A DNA stretch of 64,000 bases from contig JBFJCP010000007.1 in assembly GCA_041615815.1 (NCBI GenBank), forward strand, positions 72,048 to 136,047, given 5' to 3'. The number at the start of each line of letters is the position of its first letter. Position 1 is the stretch's first letter. The position numbers were made by a program, and so were the translations under genes. The notes below the pieces were generated by a model. The model was given only the letters and a program-made list of their open reading frames with translations, did no database searches and was not told the origin of the DNA. This stretch comes from Gemmatimonadales bacterium. Its GTDB lineage: Bacteria; Gemmatimonadota; Gemmatimonadetes; Gemmatimonadales; GWC2-71-9. Positions 10,264-21,934 of the stretch are shown here, piece after piece.

Positions 10264-11634
10264 CTATCTCCCCCCCTGCCCCATCAGCTCGAAGAAGCGC
10301 CCGAACACCCGCACGCCCTTCCAGACTTGTTGGATGTTGATCTTTTCGTTGGGCGCGTGGAGCCGGTCGTCCGGAAGGCCCACGCCGGCCAGCACGACCG
10401 CGGCGCCGCCTTTGCCGAGGGCCGGCACCACGGGTATCGATCCGCCCGAGCGCGTGGGCACGACGCCACGCCCCTCCACTTCTTGGAACGCCTTGTCGAT
10501 GAGTTCGAAGACCGGCGTGCCGATATCCACGAGTACCGGGTCCGCACCGTGGAGAAACCGGACGGTGACATCGGCATAGGGCGGCGCCGCGGTGTCCACG
10601 GCGTGCATCAACTGCTCCTGCACGACCTTTTCCCGTTGATTGGGAACGAGGCGGAGGCTCACCTTGGCCGTGGCCACCGCGGGGATGACGGTCTTCGCGC
10701 CCTCGCCCATGAACCCTCCCACGATGCCGTGGATCTCAAACGTCGGGAGAGCCCAGATGCGCTCGAGCACCGAGTGTCCGGTGAGCCCCGTGAGTGCATG
10801 GCCCCTCACCTCGTGCTCGAGGAATTGCTGTTCGTCGAACGGCAACTGCTGCCAGGCTGCCTGCTCGTCCTCTCCCGGGGCTTGGACGGCGTCGTACAGT
10901 CCGGGAATGCGAATCCTGCCATCGGGAGACTTGAGCTTGGCGAGGAGCCCCACCAGGGTTTCCAGCGCGTTCGGCGCGACACCGCCGTAGAGACCGGAGT
11001 GGAGGTCGCCCTCCAACGTGCGCACCGTGATCTCGGCGTAGCAGAGTCCGCGGAGGCCTACTTCCACGGCCGGCCATCCGGGAGCGAAGTACGGCATGTC
11101 GGCGATGAGTACTGCGTCACCGTGGACCAGCTCGGGACGGCGGCTCAAGAGATCGAACAACACACCGCTGCCGGACTCCTCCTGCCCTTCCACCAAGAAG
11201 CGGACGTTCACCGGCGGATCACCGTCGCGCGCCACGGCTTCGAACGCCTTGACGATCGAGAAGACCTGTCCCTTGTCGTCGGTAGCTCCGCGAGCCACGA
11301 GATCCCCGTTCCGTTCCGTTGGCTCAAACGGCGGGGTCTCCCAGAGGTCCAGCGGGTCGGCGGGTTGGACGTCATAATGCCCGTAGACGATGACCGTGGG
11401 TGCGCCAGGTACCGGGGGTCCCTCGGCTACGACGACGGGGTGCGTCTCGCTTCCCAACAGTTCGACGTGACCGCATCCGAGAGAGCGAAGATGATCAGCC
11501 AACCATTCCGCCGCCCGTTTACAGTCGGCCGCATGCTCCGGCGTCGTCGACACACTTGGTATGCGGAGAAATTCCTTCAATTCTCCGAGCATTCGTTTTC
11601 GCGCGGAGCGCACGAAAGGGTCGAGTCCGCTCAT
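10264..11634 (-). CDS. M20 family dipeptidase
   Basis: YGHYDVQP, ARGATDDKGQ, DLHSGLYGG, HAPNE. Confidence 0.92.
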   Translation of the reverse strand: MSGLDPFVRSARKRMLGELKEFLRIPSVSTTPEHAADCKRAAEWLADHLRSLGCGHVELLGSETHPVVVAEGPPVPGAPTVIVYGHYDVQPADPLDLWETPPFEPTERNGDLVARGATDDKGQVFSIVKAFEAVARDGDPPVNVRFLVEGQEESGSGVLFDLLSRRPELVHGDAVLIADMPYFAPGWPAVEVGLRGLCYAEITVRTLEGDLHSGLYGGVAPNALETLVGLLAKLKSPDGRIRIPGLYDAVQAPGEDEQAAWQQLPFDEQQFLEHEVRGHALTGLTGHSVLERIWALPTFEIHGIVGGFMGEGAKTVIPAVATAKVSLRLVPNQREKVVQEQLMHAVDTAAPPYADVTVRFLHGADPVLVDIGTPVFELIDKAFQEVEGRGVVPTRSGGSIPVVPALGKGGAAVVLAGVGLPDDRLHAPNEKINIQQVWKGVRVFGRFFELMGQGGR

Positions 11635-11712
11635 ACGCGCTAATATACCCCACTTGCCTGCGTTGCGTATTTTGCGAAATTGTCAGCCGTCCCCTGGTCC
11701 AAGGACTCACGC

Positions 11713-12981
11713 ATGTCCACCTCCGTGGCACCCCGACGTCAGACGTTGAACATTGGCCAGATCGTCATCAATCAGCTCGATCGGGCGGCGGATCTGATCG
11801 GGCTCGAGGATTATTTGCGCCAAATGCTCACCATGCCATTTCGGTCGGTGTCGGTCGGAGTACCTGTCCGAATGGATGACGGCGAGATCCACGTGCTACG
11901 GGGTTATCGCGTGCAACACAACGGGGCACGCGGCCCGTGCAAGGGGGGTGTCCGCTACCATCCGGAGGCGGATGAGGAGGAAGTGTTGGGCCTCGCCACA
12001 ACCATGACATGGAAGACTGCGCTCATGCAGATTCCATTTGGCGGTGCCAAGGGCGGTGTTCAGGTGGACTCTCGCAAGCTCTCCATTCGCGAAAAAGAGG
12101 CGGTGACCCGCAGCTTCACGAGCCGCATCGCCATCGTGCTGGGGCCCTACCGGGACATTCCGGCGCCCGACATGGGCACCGATCAGCAGGTGATGGCTTG
12201 GATGCTCGACGAGTATTCCAAGCGCAAGGGATACTCCCCCGCGTGCGTCACCGGCAAGCCGCTATCGCTCGGCGGGTCACTTGGCCGCGAGGAGGCGACG
12301 GGACGGGGTGTTTGGTACGCCATGCGGGAATATGGGAACGATTATGGCATTCCCATCAAGGGCTCCCGGACCGTGATCCAGGGTTTCGGGAACGTGGGCG
12401 CCCATCTCGCCCAGTTTCTCTACGAAGACGGTGCCAAGGTCACGGCGGTGAGCGACGCCGACGGTGGGCTCCACAATGAAGACGGCATCGACATTCCCAA
12501 TCTGTTTCACCACTCCTACGTCGAGCGCAAACCGGTCTCCGAATTTCCCGGTGGTGACGCCATCACCAATCGGGACCTATGGAAGGTCGCGTGTGACTGG
12601 TTGGTGCCAGCAGCGATCGGAGGGGTCATCAGCAAGGAGCAGAACGCAAGCACGGTGGATTGTCGCGTCGTCGTCGAAGCCGCCAATAGCCCGGTGACGT
12701 CCATTGCGGATCGTATTCTCGAGGACCGTGGGATCCCCGTGCTCCCGGACTTCCTGGTGAACGCGGGTGGTGTCATCGTCAGCTACTTCGAGTGGGTGCA
12801 AAACCTCCAGCAACATCCCTGGTCAATCGATCAGGTCAAGGACGGATTACTGCGTCGCATGACGACCGCGTACACTGCCGTGCGGGACCTCGTTGAGGAA
12901 AAAGACGTGCCCTGGCGCACTGCTGCGTACATGATTGCGCTGGCCAGGGTGGCCGAGGCGGAGCGACTCCGAGGGCACTGA
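11713..12981 (+). CDS. gdhA: Glu/Leu/Phe/Val dehydrogenase (glutamate dehydrogenase-like)
   Basis: GPCKGGVRYHP, GGAKGG, DIPAPDMGT, QGFGNVG, NAGGVIVSYFEW. Confidence 0.9.
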   Translation: MSTSVAPRRQTLNIGQIVINQLDRAADLIGLEDYLRQMLTMPFRSVSVGVPVRMDDGEIHVLRGYRVQHNGARGPCKGGVRYHPEADEEEVLGLATTMTWKTALMQIPFGGAKGGVQVDSRKLSIREKEAVTRSFTSRIAIVLGPYRDIPAPDMGTDQQVMAWMLDEYSKRKGYSPACVTGKPLSLGGSLGREEATGRGVWYAMREYGNDYGIPIKGSRTVIQGFGNVGAHLAQFLYEDGAKVTAVSDADGGLHNEDGIDIPNLFHHSYVERKPVSEFPGGDAITNRDLWKVACDWLVPAAIGGVISKEQNASTVDCRVVVEAANSPVTSIADRILEDRGIPVLPDFLVNAGGVIVSYFEWVQNLQQHPWSIDQVKDGLLRRMTTAYTAVRDLVEEKDVPWRTAAYMIALARVAEAERLRGH

Positions 12982-13006
12982 GCCAGACGGGGGTTAGCGC
13001 CGCGGC

Positions 13007-14179
13007 TCAGGGATTTGTCTGGGGACTATTGCGTGTCCCTGCGTCTGTGCCTTCCGCGCCGGTCAACCTCGCCACGAGCGTAAAGGGATCGACGTCTCGA
13101 TCGTCACGGACCGCGACGACGATCCGTTGCGTGGCCTCCCGAATGTCCCGGTCATGCTCATCAAAGAGGCTGTCGAACATTTCGAGTTGTTGTCGATAGA
13201 TTCTGGCGGCGTACACGGCGGCGTTGTTGAGAGGCCGCCGAGCAAGCCACTCCGCAGGATACACCTCCAGTTCTCCACCGAGCGAATCACGCAGCACTCC
13301 GCGGGCTCGCTCGAACACCACCTCACGCTCCTCGAGCACGACGGCTTCGGGACTCCCGTGGGCGTACAGCGTTTGGAGCTCACCGGTGAGCCACCGGTAG
13401 AAGCGCCCCAGTCGAATCTCGTCACGCCATCGGGCAGCCGCCCGGGCCGCCGCATTCGAGTCGCCACGGCTCAGAAAGAACCGCTCCGCGCCCAGGTATC
13501 CCACGAAAGACGCAAAGCTCTCATTGAACTCCGTGGCGCTCGGAACGTACAGAGTGTTGTGGGCGATCTCGTGGATCACGGTAGCCACGAGCCACACGGG
13601 ATCGTCGCTCAACGCCGTGGACAGGAGTGGGTCGTTGAACCAACCCAGTGTCGAAAACGCCCCCGATGTACGCAGATAGGTGTCGAAACCTCGGGTTTCG
13701 AGGGCGGTGGCAGCGGCCCGGCCGGCGTCGGCATCGAAGAACCCTTTGTACGGCACGGCGCCGACGATCGGATACCGCCAGATATAGGGTGCGAGCTCCG
13801 TCCGCGGGCTCGCCGTGAGCACCAATACGAGCGTGTCACGGCCCACTTCCGTAAATGTGGTGAAGGTTTCGCCGGGATCGAGGTCCAGCGAATCCGCCGC
13901 GAAGCCCCGCGCATCGAGAACGAGTCGAAACTGTGCCCGGCGTGACGCGGCAACCGTGGAATCCGCCACCAAACGTTCGAGCGAGCGGCGCTTCAGCAGG
14001 ATTCTGGCTTCCTCGTACCCCGCCCGGAGGAGGAATTTGGCCTCCCGGCTGACCATCGCGACCACGACTCCCAGAAGCAGGATGCCGCCCAGCCCGGCGG
14101 CCAACCACCGCCGCCATCCCCATCGTCGCCCACGTCCGGCCACACGTTCCCTACGTTCCACGTCGTGCTCTGCGTTCAC
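13007..14179 (-). CDS. Putative zinc aminopeptidase
   Basis: [23 protein letters not shown]...NESFA; N-terminal TM. Confidence 0.85.
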   Translation of the reverse strand: MNAEHDVERRERVAGRGRRWGWRRWLAAGLGGILLLGVVVAMVSREAKFLLRAGYEEARILLKRRSLERLVADSTVAASRRAQFRLVLDARGFAADSLDLDPGETFTTFTEVGRDTLVLVLTASPRTELAPYIWRYPIVGAVPYKGFFDADAGRAAATALETRGFDTYLRTSGAFSTLGWFNDPLLSTALSDDPVWLVATVIHEIAHNTLYVPSATEFNESFASFVGYLGAERFFLSRGDSNAAARAAARWRDEIRLGRFYRWLTGELQTLYAHGSPEAVVLEEREVVFERARGVLRDSLGGELEVYPAEWLARRPLNNAAVYAARIYRQQLEMFDSLFDEHDRDIREATQRIVVAVRDDRDVDPFTLVARLTGAEGTDAGTRNSPQTNP

Positions 14180-15087
14180 AGCGTCAACCGTAGGCCAAAT
14201 CGGTGTGCCGGCTCCCGTAACAGGTCATCCTGCCGGTATGCATAGTCGAGGTTGAACCGCGGGAAGGTAAACGTGGCGCCATACGTGGCCGCTGAGAACT
14301 GCGACATCGTGGGTCGAGAGCTCCACGCCAACCGGCCAACGACGCCGATCTTGCTTCCCAAGACGACGCCCGCCTCGCCGCCCAACACGAGTCTCGCGGA
14401 TTCGTCTTCGGGCCATTGCACCTCGAGCACCGAGAGCAGTCGGAAGGATTCCTGTGGATCGACGTAGTTCATGGTGAATCCCAGACGCGACAGGCTGGGC
14501 ATGTCGGGCACGGGATCGTCCCAATTCCCGCCAATGTTCTGGCGTGAGAACCCGATCGCCATGATGTCGAAGAAGGCGATGGCGAGACCGGCATCGGCGC
14601 TCAGCCCGGTTTGGATCAATGTGTCCAGCCTGTTGCGGAGCACCTTGGCGCTGCCGCCGAGCGCGATGAGGCCGAATCGATAGACCAATGCGCCGACTCC
14701 CAGAAACTCGCGGGCACGCGCACCGGCCGTGACCGGAACACCGAAGAGCGCCGGGGTCGACCCGAGATCAGCGTACTCGAATCCGAATCCGACGTCGAAC
14801 TGACGCAGCCGCCATGCCAACGCGCCGGCGGCCACATAGGCGTCCGATGGTGCGGTGCGGAAGGCTCCCTCGATGGCGATATGCCGGATCGTCGCCAGGC
14901 CGGCCGGATTCGAAAACACCGCACCGGCGTCGCCCACCAAGGCCGCGCCGGCGCCGTTGAGCCCTGCGTGCCGTACCGACACCGGTGTGCGAAACAGAAT
15001 CGCGGGAAGGCTGTCAGCCTGGGCGGCGGGCGCAGGAGATGGCCACACCACGCCAAGCGCGGCGCCGACGGCCAGGAGGGTCTTCAC
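14176..15087 (-). CDS. PorV/PorQ-like outer-membrane beta-barrel
   Basis: Signal peptide; [26 protein letters not shown]; amphipathic strands; DYAY near C-terminus. Confidence 0.7.
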   Translation of the reverse strand: MKTLLAVGAALGVVWPSPAPAAQADSLPAILFRTPVSVRHAGLNGAGAALVGDAGAVFSNPAGLATIRHIAIEGAFRTAPSDAYVAAGALAWRLRQFDVGFGFEYADLGSTPALFGVPVTAGARAREFLGVGALVYRFGLIALGGSAKVLRNRLDTLIQTGLSADAGLAIAFFDIMAIGFSRQNIGGNWDDPVPDMPSLSRLGFTMNYVDPQESFRLLSVLEVQWPEDESARLVLGGEAGVVLGSKIGVVGRLAWSSRPTMSQFSAATYGATFTFPRFNLDYAYRQDDLLREPAHRFGLRLTL

Positions 15088-15094
15088 CGCTCGA

Positions 15095-17266
15095 TCACCG
15101 AATCCGAACCACGTTGAGCCTCGGAACGACGCTGGGAGCGATGGTGCCACCGCCGGGATCGGTGAACTGAAGCGTGAAGCCGCGCTGCGTCGCGACCTGG
15201 ACGACGCGGAGATAATCCCCGGAGCCAGACCGCAACGTGCCCAGCAATTCGAAAGTCCCGCCGATCACTGAATCGGGCACCAGGGGGAATGGGCGATCGA
15301 AATTCCCGGGGTCCTGCTGATTGAGCGAGCCGTAGGTGGTGCGAAATGCCCAGGTGTCGTAGCGCAGTCGAGCGGGCGGCGTGAAGTTGGGCAGATCCGA
15401 CACATAGTTGGCAAGGAACCATTGGGCGAGGAGGGGACCGATGGACTCGCCGGTCGCATTCTCGATGTTGCCGGCGCCGGTAAACGGCGTCTCCGAGAGT
15501 CGACGAACCACGTTGGCTCCGAACTGATCCACCACCCACCGAAGGAACAGCCACGCAGCTCCTCGCTCCTCGAGCGTTCCTGTCCCGTCGCCGAACAGGG
15601 TGAATTCGAAACCGGGATCTTGCAGATAGAGGAACGCGTTGAACAGGTTGCCGATGGCGAAGCGGGAGAACGACGTATCGTCACCCAGCGCCAAAAAATG
15701 AAACGCCGCCAGTTCCTCCGCCAGGTGTGACATCGCTTCGTTGAGCCACAAGACTTCCGAATTCCCCCGACCCAACAACACGTGCTGATAGTAGCTGATC
15801 ATGTGCTGCAACTCATGCGTGAATGTCACTGGCACGAGGCGGCGGATCCGCTCCACCGAATGTGCGCAAGTGACGGATCCGGCGGGGTCGGCGGTCAGCG
15901 AGTAGAATACCTCGGCCTGGTTGGACCGCTCGTCATTCCGGAAAGCCGGATCCACGTCCAGCGCAAAGAAGAAGCCCGTGATCACCGCGGCTTCACACTC
16001 CGCAGTCGGTGTCAGGCCATTCACGACCGGCGTCATGAGAATGACCACCCGTCCATTACGGTCCACGTCCGACTCGGCGCCGAATGCGAGCGCGTTCACC
16101 TCGTACAGATCTTGGTCGAAGGTCCGCCCCAAGGCCATGAAATCCGCATCCGACAGCCCGCCTGATGGCGCGTTGAGATCCTGGTAAATGACCGCATGCT
16201 CGCCAACGTATTTGACCTCTGCCGTAACGCTTGAGAAGTCACCTGTCTGATTGCAGGTGATCACATTGCAGACACGGAAGTTCCGGCGATCACCAAGCGC
16301 CGGCCCCGCCGCCGCGAGCGGCGCAACGTCCTGACGCAGGGGGGGTTTGGGAACGAGCGCGAGCTCCCGCTCGCGCTCGCGGAGCATGTCGTGGAACCGA
16401 ATGTTGAACGGGAGGGGTGTACGGCGCCGGGGTTGCCGAACGGTCACGGTGACGACGGAATCGCCCCGCAACCGATACGCCGCACTCACACCGGGAGCGC
16501 CCGTGACTCCCTGCGGGGCGAAGAGATACTCTGCACCGTTCACGCCGGCATCGGGAAACGTGGCGCATCCGCCGAGCACGGCGGGGTCGATCGACGCGTA
16601 GTCGCCCACCGCTAGCTGCACGGGGGCGGCCGACGCTTGATACGTGCCGCTGATCGTATTGGACACTGCCAGATCGATGCGGGCACGAAGATCGATCGTG
16701 CCGGGGACCAGGCAGATCGGGACCACGGCAGAGGCACTGGTTCCATCGCCGGCCACGGACAGCACGCGGGCGGGGGTCGCGCCGAACTCCAGGACGACCG
16801 ACCCAATCAGATTGGTTCCGTCCACTTGAACGATGTCACCACCGGTGAACGTACTGGGCGTCACCGCGGTCAGTTGGGGCGGGTCGGTGGCCGTCGCCGT
16901 GAACTCGACGGTGCGATTCCGGTTGTTCGCCAGCGTCGCCCGGACCGCATAGCTGCCCGTGGCGGGACCGAGCGTGAGCCCCACCTCGGCCCGCCCGGTT
17001 CCGTCGGCCACCGTGACCGCATTGGAGAGGGATGCACCGGTCCCAGTCGTGACGGTCCACTCCACCTGGCCGCGCGGCGCTACGGCGCCATCTTCGGCGC
17101 GCACGATGACCGCCAGTGGACTCGCGAGGCGCGCCCCGGCGGGGGCGCGCTGAGCATCCGTGGCGGCCACCACCTCGAGGTTGTCGGGGATCGGAAGATC
17201 GACACCGTCGCCGCCACACGCCATGCCGAGCGAAGCGGCTCCCATCCAGAACGTCAGTTTTCGCAA
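15095..17266 (-). CDS. Lipoprotein with Ig-like/IPT-TIG domains and HExxH zinc peptidase domain
   Basis: Lipobox GMAC; TAVTP..G..V.VDGTN TIG-like segment; HELQH...WLNEAMSHLAEE. Confidence 0.75.
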   Translation of the reverse strand: MRKLTFWMGAASLGMACGGDGVDLPIPDNLEVVAATDAQRAPAGARLASPLAVIVRAEDGAVAPRGQVEWTVTTGTGASLSNAVTVADGTGRAEVGLTLGPATGSYAVRATLANNRNRTVEFTATATDPPQLTAVTPSTFTGGDIVQVDGTNLIGSVVLEFGATPARVLSVAGDGTSASAVVPICLVPGTIDLRARIDLAVSNTISGTYQASAAPVQLAVGDYASIDPAVLGGCATFPDAGVNGAEYLFAPQGVTGAPGVSAAYRLRGDSVVTVTVRQPRRRTPLPFNIRFHDMLRERERELALVPKPPLRQDVAPLAAAGPALGDRRNFRVCNVITCNQTGDFSSVTAEVKYVGEHAVIYQDLNAPSGGLSDADFMALGRTFDQDLYEVNALAFGAESDVDRNGRVVILMTPVVNGLTPTAECEAAVITGFFFALDVDPAFRNDERSNQAEVFYSLTADPAGSVTCAHSVERIRRLVPVTFTHELQHMISYYQHVLLGRGNSEVLWLNEAMSHLAEELAAFHFLALGDDTSFSRFAIGNLFNAFLYLQDPGFEFTLFGDGTGTLEERGAAWLFLRWVVDQFGANVVRRLSETPFTGAGNIENATGESIGPLLAQWFLANYVSDLPNFTPPARLRYDTWAFRTTYGSLNQQDPGNFDRPFPLVPDSVIGGTFELLGTLRSGSGDYLRVVQVATQRGFTLQFTDPGGGTIAPSVVPRLNVVRIR

Positions 17267-17478
17267 GGTGTTAGCCTCCTCTGCGGCGGCCCGGTCTGGA
17301 CCTCGGAAACCGCCAATGCCGTCCCGAAAACCGGCCCGTGGTCGCGCCCGGTCGGAGTCCCGGGGCGCGGGGCAAAACCCGTGTAAGTTATTATTCTACA
17401 CCTGGATACGTCGTTTTGACAACGGCCATGAGCTACGGTAGCTTACGACGAAGTTGCCACCCACAACCCGGCCGGTGC

Positions 17479-20400
17479 ATGGCATTCGTCCACCTCCACA
17501 CGCACTCTGAGTACTCCTTACTGGACGGGGCGATCCGGATTCCGGATCTCGTCCAGAGCGTCACGCGGCTGGGAATGGACAGCCTCGCGCTCACCGATCA
17601 CGGCAACCTCCACGCCGCCGTGGCGTTCTATCGCCAGGCGCGGGAAGCACATATCCGGCCCATCCTGGGGTTCGAAGCCTACCTCGCCTTTGGCTCCCGC
17701 CACGACCGGGAGCGTCCATCGGGGGCGCCGGCGCAGTACTCGCATCTCGTGCTCCTCGCGCGCAACCGGACGGGCTACCAGAACCTCATCCGGCTTTCGT
17801 CCATCGGCTATCTGGAGGGATACTACCGCCGTCCACGCATCGACAAAGAGGTGTTGGCGGAGCACGGGGAGGGTATCGTCTGCTTGGCGGCCTGCTTGTC
17901 CGGTGAAGTCGCGTTGTGGCTCCGACAGCACAATTACGAGGCTGCTCGTGAGGCCGCGCAGTGGTTCGCGCGCGCGTTTGGACCGAACGGATTCTGGCTC
18001 GAGGTGCAGGATCACGGCATCGCCGACGAACACATCGTTCGGGACGGCATGTTCAAGCTGGGAGAGGAGCTGGGACTCCCGGTGGTGGCGACGAACGACG
18101 CCCACTACTTGGAGCGAGCCGACCACGAGGCGCACGACTGTCTCCTGGCTATCGGGACGGGCAAAGATCTCGACGATCCAAACCGGTTTCGCTTTTACGG
18201 GGAAGAAAGCTATCTCAAGTCCGAGACGGAGATGGCTCAACTGTTCCCCGGCCGGCCCGATGTCTTGGAAAACACGCAGCGTGTGGCCGACTTGTGCGAG
18301 TTCGATTTCGAGAAGCGGTACTTCCTGCCTGAGTTTCCCCGCCCGGACGAATACGCATCTGACAACGATTTGCTCGTCGAGTTGGCCACGCAAGGGGCGA
18401 ACGCCCGATATGGGCACCCGCTTCCTGCCGCGGCCCGCGAACGACTGGAGTATGAACTATCGGTCATCACGACGACGGGATACGCCGGGTATTTCCTAAT
18501 CGTTCAGGACTTCATCAACGCCGCACGAGCCCGCGGGATTCCGGTGGGCCCCGGCCGCGGCTCCGCGGCGGGTTCCCTCGTTGCGTATGCCCTCGGCATC
18601 ACTGGGGTGGATCCTCTGCGGTTCGATCTTCTGTTCGAGCGATTCTTGAATCCCGAGCGGATCTCCATGCCGGACATCGACGTGGATTTCTGCTACGAGC
18701 GTCGCGGCGAGGTCATCGACTACGTTCGTGAGCGATACGGGGCGGACAGCGTTGGCCAGATCATCACGTTCGGAACCTTGAAAGCGCGGGCGGCAGTGCG
18801 GGATATCGCCCGCGTGTTGCGGGTGAGTCCGAGCGACGTGGATCGACTGGCCAAGCTCATTCCGTCGAGCCCCGGTTACTCGCTGTCGTTAGCGCAGGCT
18901 GTGGACAAGGTGGCGGACCTGAAACAGCTTGCCGAGGAGAACCAGACCGTGAATCGGCTGGTGGACTTGGCGCAACGCATCGAGGGTCTCGCGCGTCACG
19001 CATCCGTGCATGCCGCGGGCATCGTGATCGCCCCAGGGCCATTGGTCGATTACGTACCGGTCTGTACGCCTCCACAGCGAAACGGCGGCGACGGGACGGA
19101 CGCCATCATCACCCAGTACGACATGACCGGTCTCGAGAAGGTCGGCATGTTGAAGATGGACTTTCTGGGACTCAAGACCCTCACGGTCATCCACGACGCC
19201 CTCGCCATGATCATCGAGCGGCACGGGACCTCGATCGACCTGGACGCGATCGAGCTGGACGATCCTCCGGTATACGAGCTGCTCCGGGCCGGCAGGACGG
19301 CCGGCATCTTCCAATTCGAGTCCGCGCTGGGCACCGACATGCTTCGACAGCTCCGCGCTGATCGCTTCGACGACCTCGTGGCAACCAATGCGTTGGTCCG
19401 TCCTGGTCCGCTGGACTCTGGCATGCACCTGGTCTACATCCGGCGCAAGCGGGGCGACGAGCAGGTTCGCTACCCGCATCCCCAGCTCAAAGAAGTACTG
19501 GAGCCGACCTACGGGGTCATTCTGTATCAGGAGCAGTTGATGCGGATCGCCAACGTGTTGGCGGGCTACACGCTGGCCGAGGCGGATGTCCTTCGGAAGG
19601 CGGTTGGGAAGAAGGATCAGGAGCTGATCGACGCAGAACTGGCGCGATTCGTGGACCGCTGCGTTGAGCGAGGACACCACCGCCGTGTGATTCAGGACAT
19701 CGCCGCCCAGATCAAGACGTTCGGTCGATACGGGTTCAACAAGTCGCACTCGGTGGCATACAGCATTCTCTCTTTTCAGACTGCATGGCTCAAGGCCCAC
19801 TACCCAGCCGAGTTCATGGCGGCGTTGCTCTCGTCAGAGATTGGTGACACGGACAAGGTCGTCACCTATATCAACGAGGCCCGCGAGATGGGGATCGAGG
19901 TCCTACCACCGTCGGTGAACGAGTCCGGTTGGAAGTTCACGGTGACTGGTGATGATCAGATTCGCTTCGGGCTTGGGGCGGTCCGCAACGTGGGGCGCGG
20001 GGCCATCGAGTCCATCATCACCGCGCGGGAGTCAACGGGCCCCTACGAATCGCTCGCGGATTTCTGCGAGCGCGTGGATCTGCGCCTCTGCAATAAGCGC
20101 GTCCTGGAGTCTTTGGTGGCGGCGGGTGCCGTGGATCACCTTGGAAACCATCGGGCGCAGCTGATGGCCGGTCTCGATGCGGCGCTCGGCGAGGCTCAAC
20201 TCCGCCAGGCGGAGCGCGAAGCCGGGCAAGCGTTGTTGTTTGGCGACCCCAGTGATGGGACTGATGGCCCGGCCCGACCGCCCCTTCCCGAGGTGGCTCC
20301 GTGGTCGGAAGCCGACCGTCTCACGAAGGAGAAAGCGGTTGTCGGGTTCTTCATCTCCGGGCATCCCCTCGAGCGGTACCGCGAGGAGGTCCAGCTCTTC

Positions 20401-20958
20401 GGGACTCGGACCACGGCGACCTTGGGCACATGGAGTGAGCATCAGGTGGCCGCCGCGGTCGTGGTGACGGCCATCAAGCGCCGAATCAGCCGGAAGACGG
20501 GAGCCGAATACGCCCGACTGACGTTGGAGGATTTCCACGGGACCGCCGAGGCCCTGGTGTTCCCTGAAACGTGGAGCAAACTTTCGGAGGTGATCCTGCC
20601 GGACCGGGCCCTGTTGTTGACCGGTGGATACAGTGCCCGGGACCGTGGGGAAGATCGTGCGCCGTTCATCGTGGAATCCGCACAGCCGTTGGCGGACCTT
20701 CGCTCATCCGGCGCCGTGGGGGTTGCGGTGTCCTGGGCGCTCGGAAGCGGGCCGGATAGGCAGGCTGCCCGGGCTCTGAACACGTTGTGTGCGGCCAACC
20801 CCGGACCCGCTCCCCTCTTCGTAGATTGGAGCGACGGGAACGGTACGACGGCGCGGCTGCGGTCGCGAGCCTGCCGCGTCTCGCTGGACGAGGGGTTTCT
20901 GGACGCGCTCCGGGAGTTGTTGGGTGGCGACCGGGTCCGTCTGGTCAGAGCTCGATAG
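17479..20958 (+). CDS. dnaE: DNA polymerase III alpha subunit
   Basis: FVHLHTHSEYSLLDGA, GPGRGSAAGS, SMPDIDVDF, YGFNKSHS. Confidence 0.98.
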   Translation: MAFVHLHTHSEYSLLDGAIRIPDLVQSVTRLGMDSLALTDHGNLHAAVAFYRQAREAHIRPILGFEAYLAFGSRHDRERPSGAPAQYSHLVLLARNRTGYQNLIRLSSIGYLEGYYRRPRIDKEVLAEHGEGIVCLAACLSGEVALWLRQHNYEAAREAAQWFARAFGPNGFWLEVQDHGIADEHIVRDGMFKLGEELGLPVVATNDAHYLERADHEAHDCLLAIGTGKDLDDPNRFRFYGEESYLKSETEMAQLFPGRPDVLENTQRVADLCEFDFEKRYFLPEFPRPDEYASDNDLLVELATQGANARYGHPLPAAARERLEYELSVITTTGYAGYFLIVQDFINAARARGIPVGPGRGSAAGSLVAYALGITGVDPLRFDLLFERFLNPERISMPDIDVDFCYERRGEVIDYVRERYGADSVGQIITFGTLKARAAVRDIARVLRVSPSDVDRLAKLIPSSPGYSLSLAQAVDKVADLKQLAEENQTVNRLVDLAQRIEGLARHASVHAAGIVIAPGPLVDYVPVCTPPQRNGGDGTDAIITQYDMTGLEKVGMLKMDFLGLKTLTVIHDALAMIIERHGTSIDLDAIELDDPPVYELLRAGRTAGIFQFESALGTDMLRQLRADRFDDLVATNALVRPGPLDSGMHLVYIRRKRGDEQVRYPHPQLKEVLEPTYGVILYQEQLMRIANVLAGYTLAEADVLRKAVGKKDQELIDAELARFVDRCVERGHHRRVIQDIAAQIKTFGRYGFNKSHSVAYSILSFQTAWLKAHYPAEFMAALLSSEIGDTDKVVTYINEAREMGIEVLPPSVNESGWKFTVTGDDQIRFGLGAVRNVGRGAIESIITARESTGPYESLADFCERVDLRLCNKRVLESLVAAGAVDHLGNHRAQLMAGLDAALGEAQLRQAEREAGQALLFGDPSDGTDGPARPPLPEVAPWSEADRLTKEKAVVGFFISGHPLERYREEVQLFGTRTTATLGTWSEHQVAAAVVVTAIKRRISRKTGAEYARLTLEDFHGTAEALVFPETWSKLSEVILPDRALLLTGGYSARDRGEDRAPFIVESAQPLADLRSSGAVGVAVSWALGSGPDRQAARALNTLCAANPGPAPLFVDWSDGNGTTARLRSRACRVSLDEGFLDALRELLGGDRVRLVRAR

Positions 20959-20970
20959 GAAGACAACGCA

Positions 20971-21933
20971 GTGGCCACTGCTTTCAACTTGGATTTCGAA
21001 AAACCGATCATCGAGCTCGAGCGGCAGATTGCGCACCTCAAGCAACTCGCCGCCGAGCGGCAGCTGGAGGTTCGCGGCGAAATCCGGCCGCTGGAATCGA
21101 AGCTGGTCGAGCTCCGGCGCGAGATCTATGAGAGCCTCACCCCCATGCAGCGGGTGCAGGTGGCGCGGCATCCCCGCCGGCCCTATACGCTCGACTATCT
21201 CACCATGATCTTCTCGGACTTCATCGAATTCCGGGGAGATCGGCTCTATCGCGACGACCCCGCCATCGTGGGGGGATGGGCGCGCCTCGCTGGCCGTTCC
21301 GTGGTGGTGATCGGACATCAGAAGGGGCGCGATACCAAAGAAAACCTCCGCCGCAATTTCGGCATGCCCCATCCCGAGGGATATCGCAAAGCGCTCCGCC
21401 TGATGCGCATGGCCGAGAGATTCCGCGCACCCATCATTACATTGATCGATACGCCGGGCGCCTACCCCGGACTGGGCGCCGAGGAACGGGGCCAGGCCGA
21501 AGCCATCGCTCGCAACCTCGAAGAGATGGCCGCGCTGCAAACGCCGATCATCGCGGCCGTCATCGGCGAGGGGGGCTCGGGCGGGGCGTTGGCCCTGGGG
21601 CTGGGTGACCGCATCCTCATGTTGGAGAACGCGATCTACTCGGTCATTTCTCCTGAGGGCTGCGCTGCAATCCTCTGGAAGGACGCGTCGCAGAAAGAGC
21701 GCGCCGCGGAGGCTTTGAAGCTGACTGCCCAAGACCTGCTGGCCCTGGGCGTCATCGACGAGATCGTGCCCGAGCCGCCGGGTGGGGCACATGCCGATCT
21801 GGAAGGTGCGGGGGAATTGCTCGCGAGAGCACTGACGCGGCACTTGAAAGAGCTGGACGCCATGAAGGCCGAGAAACTGATCCGGCTCCGTTTGGAGAAG
21901 TATCGCAACATAGGAAGATTCGCCGAGAGCTAA
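20971..21933 (+). CDS. accA: Acetyl-CoA carboxylase carboxyltransferase alpha
   Basis: [38 protein letters not shown]. Confidence 0.97.
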   Translation: MATAFNLDFEKPIIELERQIAHLKQLAAERQLEVRGEIRPLESKLVELRREIYESLTPMQRVQVARHPRRPYTLDYLTMIFSDFIEFRGDRLYRDDPAIVGGWARLAGRSVVVIGHQKGRDTKENLRRNFGMPHPEGYRKALRLMRMAERFRAPIITLIDTPGAYPGLGAEERGQAEAIARNLEEMAALQTPIIAAVIGEGGSGGALALGLGDRILMLENAIYSVISPEGCAAILWKDASQKERAAEALKLTAQDLLALGVIDEIVPEPPGGAHADLEGAGELLARALTRHLKELDAMKAEKLIRLRLEKYRNIGRFAES

Positions 21934-21934
21934 T

